A DNA stretch of 64,000 nucleotides from the IMG/VR virus record IMGVR_UViG_3300023208_000003, positions 32,001-96,000 of that record. The stretch is one strand, 5' to 3'. The translations under genes were made by a program, and so were the position numbers. Shown one piece after another: positions 26,219 to 35,374 of the stretch. Origin of the DNA: a virus. The first letter of the stretch is position 1, and the number at the start of each line of letters is the position of its first letter. Under the pieces are notes generated by a model that was given only the letters and a program-made list of their open reading frames with translations, had not been told where the DNA came from and made no database searches.

Positions 26219-26661
26219 TTTTTTTTACTGCTTCTAATGGTCTGAATGTCACGAAGCGTTTCGCGCAGAACCGGTGCAACCGGGCCATCGGCAAGCTTCG
26301 AGAGCTTCTTAGCTATATTGTCATATTGCTCATGGTTTTGGCGTATCACCTCGTTTAACCGGGTGACAGCTTGATATGCTTTAAGTTGTTCTTCCAGCAC
26401 CCGGTTCAAAGTTTCCTGGGTTGTACGGTTGGCATCAACTACAGTGTTTAGCTCTTGGGTAATTTGCCCAAGCTGCTGTTCGGCTTCTTTGTTCTTTTTG
26501 TTGAGGTACATCACGGTTCCTGCGGCGCCAATTAGTGCGATAGCAAGAACCCAGATTGTCCAACCTCGCTTTACAATGTTGGACGTACCTATCCAGGCAA
26601 CGCTAATTCCGTCCTTCGCTTTCTCTAACCAGGTAAGTGCTTGTTCGTTTGTATCACTCAT
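26215..26661 (-). CDS. i-spanin (Rz-like)
   Basis: Single TM (IWVLAIALIGAAGTVMYL), periplasmic coiled coil and C-terminal DGPVAPVLRETL. Confidence 0.75.
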   Translation of the reverse strand: MSDTNEQALTWLEKAKDGISVAWIGTSNIVKRGWTIWVLAIALIGAAGTVMYLNKKNKEAEQQLGQITQELNTVVDANRTTQETLNRVLEEQLKAYQAVTRLNEVIRQNHEQYDNIAKKLSKLADGPVAPVLRETLRDIQTIRSSKKK

Positions 26662-26662
26662 T

Positions 26663-27325
26663 TTAGTACTTCGCTATTTCTTTAAAACCATTTTCAATCA
26701 ACAACACTTTTAATCCCAGCGGATCATTTTCCTGAACATATTTTGAAACCTCTCTTTCAAAGCTTCTGCTCATTTCCCACTGTTTCATATCTGTCATAAT
26801 TTCAACAGTTTTTAGTCCTGGAATGCTGCAAAGATTTAGCCAACCCAATGTTTCAAAAGTGATTGATGCTTTTTCAGCGTGTTCAATTGTCTTTACTGCT
26901 TCAACCAAGTTAAAATTTCTATCATACTTATTGCTTGGAAAGCGAACACACTTTGATCGAATTTTTATACCTGATAGAGCGCCTTCATTAAAAGTTGTCC
27001 AGTAAAAATCAAATTTTGCTGGCTGCATTTGTTCATCATTTTTTAACAATAATTTTAAAGGTTCAATAAATTCAACGTCAACATCCATTGATTTTATTAA
27101 CGCAACTCTAAAAATTGAACTGCGAAATTTTGGATCCTTTTCTAAACCTAAGCCGCCGCCTTCAGTTAATTTTACTTTTTTTTCCGTAAAAGCTGGAATT
27201 GAATTTTTTACTTTATTATTGAACCAGCGGTGACCATGCATATTCGCATCATCAATCCAAACACTAATAAGAATTGGGTATTGAAAAAATTTAAGGCGTG
27301 CTTCTGATAATTCAATTAACTTCAT
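26663..27325 (-). CDS. AKL-tag family member 2 (divergent tag)
   Basis: Starts MKLIELSE. Ends DPLGLKVLLIENGFKEIAKY. Confidence 0.75.
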   Translation of the reverse strand: MKLIELSEARLKFFQYPILISVWIDDANMHGHRWFNNKVKNSIPAFTEKKVKLTEGGGLGLEKDPKFRSSIFRVALIKSMDVDVEFIEPLKLLLKNDEQMQPAKFDFYWTTFNEGALSGIKIRSKCVRFPSNKYDRNFNLVEAVKTIEHAEKASITFETLGWLNLCSIPGLKTVEIMTDMKQWEMSRSFEREVSKYVQENDPLGLKVLLIENGFKEIAKY

Positions 27326-28191
27326 AACTTTGCGTAAGCTCCTAAGCCGTTCTCAATTAACTCTGTCTTGCACTCAAGAATATCACCTACTTCTCCATCT
27401 GCAGATCGTATATAGTTGTTTATAATTTTTACAGCAGCTTCCATATTTTTAATTTTTGGCCCGGAACTATCAAAAAATGAAGATGTTTTATCAAGATAAA
27501 TTTCCCAAAGACGCACGCACAATAATGCAGATAGTAAATTAACAGGATTTTTCGCAGCGAAGCTAAAAGACTGGAGATGATCAAACTTTTTAAGGTTTTT
27601 TATATTAATGTTATCTGCAAAAAGTTTTAAAGATACTAAGCTCTCAGGTAAACCTTTTACATCAAGACTTGAATTTGCGTAAGCGCCTACAATTCTCATC
27701 CCTTTAACAAAAGAATCTGCTATGTCAAACGCTGGATAATTTGCATTACCAAGACGAATGTCAAATCCATCACTAATCGTAGCAGGAAATTCTTCCCAAG
27801 ATTTAAAGTTGCATCTTGAAAGAAATAGTCTAGTCATTTCATCAGGAAATCCAACAAAATTTTCAAAGCTCACTTTTAAAAATGATAATCTGCCGGCGTG
27901 CGTAATCTTAACGCGAAATTTTTCAACGCCACCATCATTTATAAAAAAGTCATCTGCGGAAACTTCATTTTGGTCAAGATTAACTTCTGATTGAGACACA
28001 TTTTTTATTATAAGTTCACCTTGAGAAATTATAGTATGAAGTGAACGCGGATTTATTTTATAAAAGCTGCTGCTCAAAAGCAAAGTTTCTTCAAAAAATT
28101 TTTCAACAGCGTCATAGGTGTCAAGCATCCAAGGACGATACGGAGTAATCTTTTTTCCAATATGTGGATTTTGTACCTCAAATAATTTCAT
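27322..28191 (-). CDS. AKL-tag family member 3
   Basis: Starts MKLFEV. Ends DILECKTELIENGLGAYAKL. Confidence 0.8.
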   Translation of the reverse strand: MKLFEVQNPHIGKKITPYRPWMLDTYDAVEKFFEETLLLSSSFYKINPRSLHTIISQGELIIKNVSQSEVNLDQNEVSADDFFINDGGVEKFRVKITHAGRLSFLKVSFENFVGFPDEMTRLFLSRCNFKSWEEFPATISDGFDIRLGNANYPAFDIADSFVKGMRIVGAYANSSLDVKGLPESLVSLKLFADNINIKNLKKFDHLQSFSFAAKNPVNLLSALLCVRLWEIYLDKTSSFFDSSGPKIKNMEAAVKIINNYIRSADGEVGDILECKTELIENGLGAYAKL

Positions 28192-29009
28192 AACTTTGCA
28201 AACTCCTCAAGCTTTGCTTCAATTAATTCTGCTTTACAGTCGAGCACGTCTTTTTCTTTGTGAAGGTGTTTAACGATAATACTGCAAGCTTCGCCAGCTC
28301 TTACCATTGGTTCTTCCTTATCAATACCAGGGCCAGGACCTACAGCTATAAGTTCAGGGCAAAGCAAGAATGAAAGTAGACCAGTCGATTCTTTAAAGTA
28401 AAAAGTAAATTGACGAACGTGCGGGTAAAACTTTCCAACCTTCTTAAAGTTAATTGAGTTTCCGCCTGCAAACATCGAGCGTACATCCTGTGGGCCACCT
28501 TCAAGCGTTGGGATATCACTTTGATCGGTTACACCATAAACAAAATTCTTGCAACTTACGTGTGAGATATCAAAAGGTTTATATCCTTTCAAGTAAAAAT
28601 TTAAATCCTCATGAATAATCTGTGGAAACTCGTCAAAACTTTCAATTTCAGCTTCGTCAAGCGATAAAGTATTAACTGTATCAGGAAAACCTGCAAAATT
28701 TTTAAGTCGGACTCCTGCTGGTATTTGAAGCGTGTTAATATGCGACCACTTTGCTGGCAAAATATGGTAGCCATTTTTTTCAATGAAAAAAGAATCTATA
28801 GTTGGACCAAAAGACCCTTTAGGTTTGACAAAAATTGAATCATGACAGCTTACCTCTAAATTGCGAGGGTTGATTTTTGCCTTGTCATTGTCAAACAGTT
28901 TTAGCCCTTGAAGATACTCTTGTACCTCACGGTATGTTTTTAACATCCACGGGCAGTACGGTGTAACTTCGCGGTCTAAATAAGGTTGTAAAACTTCAAA
29001 TACTTTCAT
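28188..29009 (-). CDS. AKL-tag family member 4 (closest to member 3)
   Basis: Starts MKVFEV and shares 'TPY.PWML.TY', 'KINPR.L' and 'NF.GFPD' with member 3. Ends DVLDCKAELIEAKLEEFAKL. Confidence 0.8.
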   Translation of the reverse strand: MKVFEVLQPYLDREVTPYCPWMLKTYREVQEYLQGLKLFDNDKAKINPRNLEVSCHDSIFVKPKGSFGPTIDSFFIEKNGYHILPAKWSHINTLQIPAGVRLKNFAGFPDTVNTLSLDEAEIESFDEFPQIIHEDLNFYLKGYKPFDISHVSCKNFVYGVTDQSDIPTLEGGPQDVRSMFAGGNSINFKKVGKFYPHVRQFTFYFKESTGLLSFLLCPELIAVGPGPGIDKEEPMVRAGEACSIIVKHLHKEKDVLDCKAELIEAKLEEFAKL

Positions 29010-29665
29010 AATTTTGCATTTTGTGAATATCCTTGTTCAATTAACTCAGCTTTAACGTCTAAAAGATCATGATTTGACCTAAGCGCGCCTTGAATTATTT
29101 TTGCCCAAGGAGTTTGATTTCCTGTAATAGTTATAAATTTAATGTAAGGAATTAACATTAGCCCTAAACCACCAACATTAATAAACTGCGGATTGTTTAA
29201 AATTATTTGATTTGCAAATGTAAATTTTTTATTAACACCTATTAAACTATTTAAAAAATTATGCGAACAATAAAGCTTTATTGAATAGTACTCATATGTT
29301 TCAGAATTAGGAAGTTCGCGAAAGCAAAGTTGCATATCATTGTCAATTCCAAGCTTATCACCAGTCACTTTAATTCCAACGTCATTTAAAATTTCATTTA
29401 CTTTATCAAGTTCATCCATTGTTATATTTGGTTTACAATTAAACAAGACTCTTATATAATGATTGCGTTTACCTGATAAAGTACCATTATCAAACATATC
29501 AGAATCAACATATTCAATACCTGGCAGAAATGTAGTGTCGTTAAGCGCGTCAATAACATTTTGTAAAGCAGAATAATCATCAAAGTTATTAGAAAATGAC
29601 ATTTTAGACTTAAGTGTAAGCCAATTTGGCGCCATCTCTATTAAAAATTGCTTAAAGCTTTGCAT
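29006..29665 (-). CDS. AKL-tag family member 5
   Basis: Starts MQSFKQFLIE. Ends DLLDVKAELIEQGYSQNAKL. Confidence 0.8.
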   Translation of the reverse strand: MQSFKQFLIEMAPNWLTLKSKMSFSNNFDDYSALQNVIDALNDTTFLPGIEYVDSDMFDNGTLSGKRNHYIRVLFNCKPNITMDELDKVNEILNDVGIKVTGDKLGIDNDMQLCFRELPNSETYEYYSIKLYCSHNFLNSLIGVNKKFTFANQIILNNPQFINVGGLGLMLIPYIKFITITGNQTPWAKIIQGALRSNHDLLDVKAELIEQGYSQNAKL

Positions 29666-30434
29666 ATTGACTAAATCCCTTTTCTATTAATTCTGCCTTA
29701 CAGTCAAGCATGTCACGTTCACCTTTTAAATGATTACTGATAATTTCAAACCATAATTCATTTTTTGTTATTGCGAAATTTGAATGAATAGAAAACTCTC
29801 CTTTTATTAATAAAATTCCAAGAACATTACTTTGAATATACGGAATAGTTCCAGCAGTAAAAACTATTTCACTAAATCCGTCTGCTAAAACACGAATATT
29901 TGAATACTGACTTTTCTTTTCATTAATAATAGTAGGGATCATTTTGTGAATATTCGTAAGTGATGTCGGTGAGCTTGCCTCAATAAAAACATCATCAACA
30001 TTATCAACTACGATACCTTTAAACGGAAGATTAATCCATACAAAACTATTAACTTCCATTTTTATGTCTGAACCAAATTCCGCACGAAGCTGTTGAATAA
30101 ACCCATTCCGTAACTTTAAGCAATCAACGCTTTGAACCAATGGAAATGACATTTCAAGTTCATATACCGGGCCATCAGCTCCAAGTGACGTTAAAATATC
30201 ATCGTCTTCATAATTATGTGTTCGCTTTAATGAAAAAGCGCGCTTAAAGTTATTTTTAACAGTGTTAAACTCTTCGACCGTAGCTGGAAATCTTCGCTCA
30301 AGATCAGATTTGCTTATTTCGTGATCTTCTCCATTAAAAAGTTCATCATCAGATTCAATAAAAATCTTAGGAACTATTTTAAAAGCTGTTACTGGTTGCA
30401 ACCCCTCTTTTAAGAAATGTTTAAAGTTTTGCAT
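29652..30434 (-). CDS. AKL-tag family member 6
   Basis: Likely start MQNFKHFLKE (30434). Ends DMLDCKAELIEKGFSQYAKL. Confidence 0.8.
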   Translation of the reverse strand: MQNFKHFLKEGLQPVTAFKIVPKIFIESDDELFNGEDHEISKSDLERRFPATVEEFNTVKNNFKRAFSLKRTHNYEDDDILTSLGADGPVYELEMSFPLVQSVDCLKLRNGFIQQLRAEFGSDIKMEVNSFVWINLPFKGIVVDNVDDVFIEASSPTSLTNIHKMIPTIINEKKSQYSNIRVLADGFSEIVFTAGTIPYIQSNVLGILLIKGEFSIHSNFAITKNELWFEIISNHLKGERDMLDCKAELIEKGFSQYAKL

Positions 30435-31098
30435 GCTGTCCAAATCCATTTTTAATTAATTCTGTTTTACATTCAAGCAGGTCACGATCTTCACTTTTTA
30501 AGTAACCGTTCAAAGTACTTAACCAAACCGGTATATCATCAGTATCACAACGTAAAAATTCAAGATCATCAATTAATAAAAAACCAAGACCGCCCTCTTT
30601 AAATTCATTAATATCAAAAAGACTTAAAGTCTTAAATGAAAAAGTATCCTTTGTAATTTTAATTTTTTTATGAATACCGCAAAGACTTTCAAATTTAGTG
30701 TTACCATTTAAAAACAACTTAAAACCATCTGGTGACCAGACATTGTTTGGCATTTTAAAAAGATCAGCAAATATATTAACTGAAAATATTGAATATCCTA
30801 ATTCGCTAATTTGTTTTTCAATCCATTTAAATGTAGATTGCGAAATAAGTTCAGTGCACGGTTTAATCGCTTCAAAATCAAATTCAAGTTCACTACCACG
30901 ATCTAGATAAAAATCAATCGGTCGCAAATAAGGTTTAAATGAACTTTCATTCTTAAAGCTATAAACTAAACCACCAATATTATCTTTGAAATGATTAAGT
31001 TCTTCGCTAGATCTAGTAAAATTTACATCTAATACGATTTTAAAAAGTGCGTCATAATCAGGTTCAGCTTCTATTAAAAATTGCTTAAAGTTTTTCAT
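30421..31098 (-). CDS. AKL-tag family member 7
   Basis: Likely start MKNFKQFLIE (31098, ATGA overlap with the upstream gene). Ends DLLECKTELIKNGFGQHAKL. Confidence 0.8.
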   Translation of the reverse strand: MKNFKQFLIEAEPDYDALFKIVLDVNFTRSSEELNHFKDNIGGLVYSFKNESSFKPYLRPIDFYLDRGSELEFDFEAIKPCTELISQSTFKWIEKQISELGYSIFSVNIFADLFKMPNNVWSPDGFKLFLNGNTKFESLCGIHKKIKITKDTFSFKTLSLFDINEFKEGGLGFLLIDDLEFLRCDTDDIPVWLSTLNGYLKSEDRDLLECKTELIKNGFGQHAKL

Positions 31099-31637
31099 GG
31101 GGTCAACCAACACCTGTATTCTACGTGCATTGCATTTACAAAGATTCGCTCAAGCTCTGCTGGGCTAATACAAGTATCAGTGATTGGAAATCCGCCTTTC
31201 TTCCACATTTTTGCCGCCATTTCAGAACAAAATTCACCTTCTTCATTCACTGCTGGAAGCCAACAATATTGTTTTATGCCAGACCAAATAGCTTTCAAGT
31301 AACTGTATGGAGCTTTATTAATTTTAGAAAGTAAATCATCTGAAAATAATTTGAAATCAACATATGATGGCATCGCAAGAACATGAAGATCTTGTTTTGA
31401 ATATTCAGAAAGTGAAATAATTCTACGATGACTATCCATGGCTTCAACTAAAAACAAACGTTTTTCTTTTGTTAACTCATTTGTTAACCAAATTGCTATT
31501 CCAACATGATAAATTGGCGAGCCAGTAAAAAATGAAATCGTGCTGGCAAAAAGGGAGAATCTTTTAGGTCGAAGTATTGTTACAATATCACCACTTTCAA
31601 TTAACTCTCTACCTTGCGCGTACTGTAAAACTTTCAT
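31095..31637 (-). CDS. Permuted papain-like (NlpC/P60, YiiX/YaeF-type) amidase/hydrolase
   Basis: SGDIV, YHVGI (His) preceding FCSEM (Cys), i.e. the permuted catalytic order. Confidence 0.8.
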   Translation of the reverse strand: MKVLQYAQGRELIESGDIVTILRPKRFSLFASTISFFTGSPIYHVGIAIWLTNELTKEKRLFLVEAMDSHRRIISLSEYSKQDLHVLAMPSYVDFKLFSDDLLSKINKAPYSYLKAIWSGIKQYCWLPAVNEEGEFCSEMAAKMWKKGGFPITDTCISPAELERIFVNAMHVEYRCWLTP

Positions 31638-31873
31638 TAGACTATCCTTACTGAGCCAGTGCGAGCTACTGAATGATTTATTGTCAATGAATTGGCCGAT
31701 GTATACTCTATTGCTTCAGGAAACATAACAACTTTCTGCCCATTATAATCAATTCTTACGTCTAAAATTGGATACTGCTGATTTAAATTATGATTGATTA
31801 CCCAAATTGCTGAACTCGTATCTTGTGTAAAATTATAAGAAGGAACTCCAGGTGTCATTAAACTTTCAGACAT
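31637..31873 (-). CDS. Small virion protein, WxIxHNL beta-module
   Basis: FTQDTSSAIWVINHNLNQQYP module shared with neighbouring genes. Confidence 0.65.
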   Translation of the reverse strand: MSESLMTPGVPSYNFTQDTSSAIWVINHNLNQQYPILDVRIDYNGQKVVMFPEAIEYTSANSLTINHSVARTGSVRIV

Positions 31874-31886
31874 AATTTTCTCCTGT

Positions 31887-32126
31887 TTAAGATGCTATTC
31901 TAGCTACACCAGAATATGGCGCAGAAAAAGTAATAATAACAGTTCCAACAGTATTACAATCAACACCTAATGGCACCATTTTAACCCTGCCATACCCTTC
32001 AATATCAACCATTACATCGACGGCAACAGGGTTTGGAAAATTATGTAAAATAGCCCAAGTATCACTAGGTGAAGCTTGTTCAAAATTTACTGTTTGAAGA
32101 ACTGTGTGTTGTGCAAAGCTTGCCAT
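31887..32126 (-). CDS. Small virion protein, WxIxHN beta-module
   Basis: FEQASPSDTWAILHNF module. Confidence 0.65.
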   Translation of the reverse strand: MASFAQHTVLQTVNFEQASPSDTWAILHNFPNPVAVDVMVDIEGYGRVKMVPLGVDCNTVGTVIITFSAPYSGVARIAS

Positions 32127-32139
32127 ACATATTCTCCAA

Positions 32140-32754
32140 TTAAATTAATTTTGCCACGCCTACTTGTGGGTCAGTAAAACCAATAGTAAGCTGATTGACT
32201 GAATTATGTGTGATAACTTGAGGTTGAACTTCGACATTGCCAACGAAAACACGCACAATAGGATCATATCCAAGACCGTGATTTATTACCCAGCTAGATG
32301 CGGCAACTGTTTGATTCCAGGTAAAAGCAATTGTTGGTCTAACATTGCCAGAGATAGCTCCAGCCATTAACACAGCTTTACCGGCCATCTGCATTCCTAA
32401 CTTGACTTGAACTTGAGTATTATTAATTACATTAATTTCATCAGGAATAACCGCTTTATTTTCAGTATCCCAAATTTGAACAACTAAATCAGTACTATTC
32501 AACGGATGAATGATCGTCCATGTGGTGGTGCCAGTTTGCTGAATATGAACGTACATATCAATCTCATTTGTAAGAGGAATCCAAATTGGAAGTCCTCCAA
32601 CAATTGCCGCGCAAATATATACGATTTTATTTAAGAAAATTAAACGACCAACAACAGGTTCAGCTGGAAATTGTGTTTCAGTTTCCATTACGGCCTGTTG
32701 AATGAAATTATTTTGTAGGTCTATATTGCCGAAGTATTTCATTGAAAGCTCCAA
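32140..32754 (-). CDS. Virion structural protein with two WxIxH modules
   Basis: WTIIHPLN and WVINHGLG modules. N-terminus resembles that of the 831-aa fibre. GATAAATA upstream at 32771-32778. Confidence 0.7.
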   Translation of the reverse strand: MELSMKYFGNIDLQNNFIQQAVMETETQFPAEPVVGRLIFLNKIVYICAAIVGGLPIWIPLTNEIDMYVHIQQTGTTTWTIIHPLNSTDLVVQIWDTENKAVIPDEINVINNTQVQVKLGMQMAGKAVLMAGAISGNVRPTIAFTWNQTVAASSWVINHGLGYDPIVRVFVGNVEVQPQVITHNSVNQLTIGFTDPQVGVAKLI

Positions 32755-32791
32755 TTGAATTGATTTTACATATTTATCGCAAAGACAAAGA

Positions 32792-32815
32792 AAAGGGGCG
32801 CTTAAGCGCCCCTTT
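32792..32815 (-). terminator. Terminator hairpin
   Basis: Perfect palindrome AAAGGGGCGCTT|AAGCGCCCCTTT with T-runs on both strands, after the 831-aa gene. Confidence 0.8.
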
Positions 32816-32842
32816 CTTACATCGATTTAATTAACTAGTGTC

Positions 32843-35338
32843 TTATGCAAGACCCATTACAACTGCCTTAATAGCAACTGCTACGTTGAAGGTAATTGTC
32901 AAAGTAGAGCTGTTATTAAATACGATGCTCTGAGGAATGATAACTTCGTCTGAACTATCGCAAATGGTTACGTTGCAGAACTTCTGACCAAGGTTATGGG
33001 TAACAGTGTGAGAAGTTGCGGCACCGCCGGTGTACAAGTAGTACATTGCGGTGACACGGTTGTTGATCTGAGTATCAAGTGTCTTAAGAGCAGTATCAAG
33101 AGCAGAAACTGCAGCCTTGAACGTTGTTGATGCGTCAACATAATTGGTACCAGACCATGCGTTCAATGAACCGTCAGTGTTAAGACCAACAGAAGATTCA
33201 ACAGCGTTAACTTCAGCAAGTAAGCTAGATGCGCTGCTTTCAATTGAATCAAGACGAGTATCAACAGCTTCGATTGCAGCCTGAACAGTAGCAGGTGCGC
33301 CTGGAAGACTTGCAGTTGTGTTAACAAAGGTAATTGCAGATGCCTTGTGGGTGTGGTTACCAGGAGCCGCTTCGGTTGCACCGTCGCCCAAGGAAACACC
33401 GACAGCGTCAGCAGTAACAACGATAGTACCTACACCAGTCCAATCATTTGGATCGTCAAGACCTGTTGCACCAGTACCAGCAGCAGAAACAACTGCTAGA
33501 GCAGTACCGTTACCACCAATCAAACCAGCACCTGCAACGGAAGCGGTAAGCTCTGCTTCAGTGATAGTGTTTGTGGTTACCTTCAAGCCGTTTGCAGACT
33601 GAACGAGACGACCATTACCGCCGAGATCAAGCAAGAGGTGAACTTTTGCATTGGTAGCGGTAGAACGGGAAGTTGCGTTTTCAGTAAGAATAAGCGCAGA
33701 AGAAGTAGGATCGTAAAGATCAATACCAACTTCATCACCAGGAAGTTCTACGATACCTGCACCAAGGTTGACATTGAGCGTGTTGCCAGTCTTAGAAAGA
33801 CCAATACCAGCTGTTACACCAGAAGCACCGTTGAACTGAACAAAAGAAACTGCGTCAGTACCAACAGTAGTAACTGCGTTAATCTGTGTCCAAGCGGTGT
33901 GGGCGTATACAGTGCCGTTTTCAACAAGAACTGCAGAGCCTTCAAATTCGGCAGCGGCGTCAAAATCTGTTGTACGAACCCAGGTGCCGGCCTTTGCTAA
34001 ATAGATACCGTTTTCTGCAGCTGCAGTCTGAGCAGTAACAAGAACGCGCTCATCAGCAGAAAGCATGTGACCATCAAGAGTCAAAAGACCGCCAGTGGTA
34101 AGATCAACGTTTGCTGCTGCAAGAGCGGCAACTGGTTGCTTCCAAGAAAGACCAGTGATAGCTGCTTCCAACTGATTCTTGTTAATTGCGTCAGTACCTG
34201 CAACACCAGGAGCAAGGTTAGTAAGCTTGTAGCTGTTGAAGCTGATATCATGAGCAACGTTAGAAGAACCTGCATTATCCGCGCGGATGAACATTGATTC
34301 GTCAAGAACTGCAATGTTGCCAAGACCAAGAGAGGTACGAGCAGCAGCGCCGCGCTTAAGAGTCCAACGAGAACCTTCTGCACCACCAGTACCAACCATA
34401 ACGTCATTCTGACCGCCGTGGGTAACAGCAACTGTATTGATTGTAAGGGTTTCAGAAGAATCTGCAGCAGGTGCAAAACCAGCGATTGTATCAAGGTCTG
34501 CATCCCAAGCTTGAACATTTGAACCAAGGGCAACACCGAGTTCAGTACGGAAAGCGGCGGCGTCAATAATAGTGAAGGTGCCATCACCAGCAGAAACACC
34601 AATGATATAACGGTTAGATGCGGTTGGAGTAAGAGCTGCAAGAGAAGTAAGCTGAGCATCAAGTGGTTGCTTGTTATCTAACTGATCTTGAATTGCGGAT
34701 GTTACGCCATCAACATAGTTAAGTTCAACGGTCGTAAGAGTTGCGCCGGTAAGAATATTAAGCTCAGCAGCTGTAGAAGTAACAGCGTGAAGCTTAACTA
34801 AATCTGCAGTTACAACACCTGAAGTATGAAGCTGATTAACTTCAGAAGCGGTAGATGTAACATTAGAAACATCAGCAAGTACTAAAGTGTGATTATCCCA
34901 CTTTGAAGTAGTACCGTTGAACATTGCAACTTGACCAGTTGTGGCTGCGAGAACGTTAACGTCGTCAAGTTCAGCAAAAGTATTGTGTGCAGTCATTGCG
35001 GTCTGCAACAAGTTAATTGCGTTAGTTACTGAGGTAGCACCTGCAGCGTAACCAGAGAAAGCTGCGCTGTTGAAAGTACCATCAGCGTTAACTGCTGTAC
35101 CAAGAGAAGACTCAAGGTAATCAACTTCTTGCTGGAGAGCGGTAGCGTTACCACCAGTAGCAAAAGCCATCCAGGAGGTGCCGTTATTGTAGTAGTAGAT
35201 GTTATCTACTGTATTAAAATAGATACGGCCCTTTTCAGAAGATGAAACTGTAGGCGCTGTAGTTAAGCGCTCAATCACAAAATTCTGAACTTCACCCTGG
35301 CCGCCATTGTTAAGGGTAATATTACCATTTATTCTCAT
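32843..35338 (-). CDS. Abundant fibre-like virion protein (head/tail fibre)
   Basis: Ala/Thr-rich, with ERVLVTAQ...NGIY...WVR and AGIGLSKTGNTLNV fibre motifs, coiled coils and a strongly biased, highly expressed-type codon usage. Confidence 0.75.
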   Translation of the reverse strand: MRINGNITLNNGGQGEVQNFVIERLTTAPTVSSSEKGRIYFNTVDNIYYYNNGTSWMAFATGGNATALQQEVDYLESSLGTAVNADGTFNSAAFSGYAAGATSVTNAINLLQTAMTAHNTFAELDDVNVLAATTGQVAMFNGTTSKWDNHTLVLADVSNVTSTASEVNQLHTSGVVTADLVKLHAVTSTAAELNILTGATLTTVELNYVDGVTSAIQDQLDNKQPLDAQLTSLAALTPTASNRYIIGVSAGDGTFTIIDAAAFRTELGVALGSNVQAWDADLDTIAGFAPAADSSETLTINTVAVTHGGQNDVMVGTGGAEGSRWTLKRGAAARTSLGLGNIAVLDESMFIRADNAGSSNVAHDISFNSYKLTNLAPGVAGTDAINKNQLEAAITGLSWKQPVAALAAANVDLTTGGLLTLDGHMLSADERVLVTAQTAAAENGIYLAKAGTWVRTTDFDAAAEFEGSAVLVENGTVYAHTAWTQINAVTTVGTDAVSFVQFNGASGVTAGIGLSKTGNTLNVNLGAGIVELPGDEVGIDLYDPTSSALILTENATSRSTATNAKVHLLLDLGGNGRLVQSANGLKVTTNTITEAELTASVAGAGLIGGNGTALAVVSAAGTGATGLDDPNDWTGVGTIVVTADAVGVSLGDGATEAAPGNHTHKASAITFVNTTASLPGAPATVQAAIEAVDTRLDSIESSASSLLAEVNAVESSVGLNTDGSLNAWSGTNYVDASTTFKAAVSALDTALKTLDTQINNRVTAMYYLYTGGAATSHTVTHNLGQKFCNVTICDSSDEVIIPQSIVFNNSSTLTITFNVAVAIKAVVMGLA

Positions 35339-35374
35339 TGTTTAACTCCTTTAGGATAGATAGAAAATCTCTTT

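Noticed and set aside
25577-31098. Integron-like cassettes or a DGR explaining the paralogue array
   Set aside because: No conserved DNA palindromes (attC) between genes, no integrase or reverse transcriptase, and no near-identical template/variable repeat pair. Conservation is at protein level with synonymous divergence.
33163-34662. Several long alternative-frame or antisense ORFs within the 831-aa fibre gene
   Set aside because: Expected from the biased codon usage of a highly expressed Ala/Thr-rich gene. No motifs or initiation signals.
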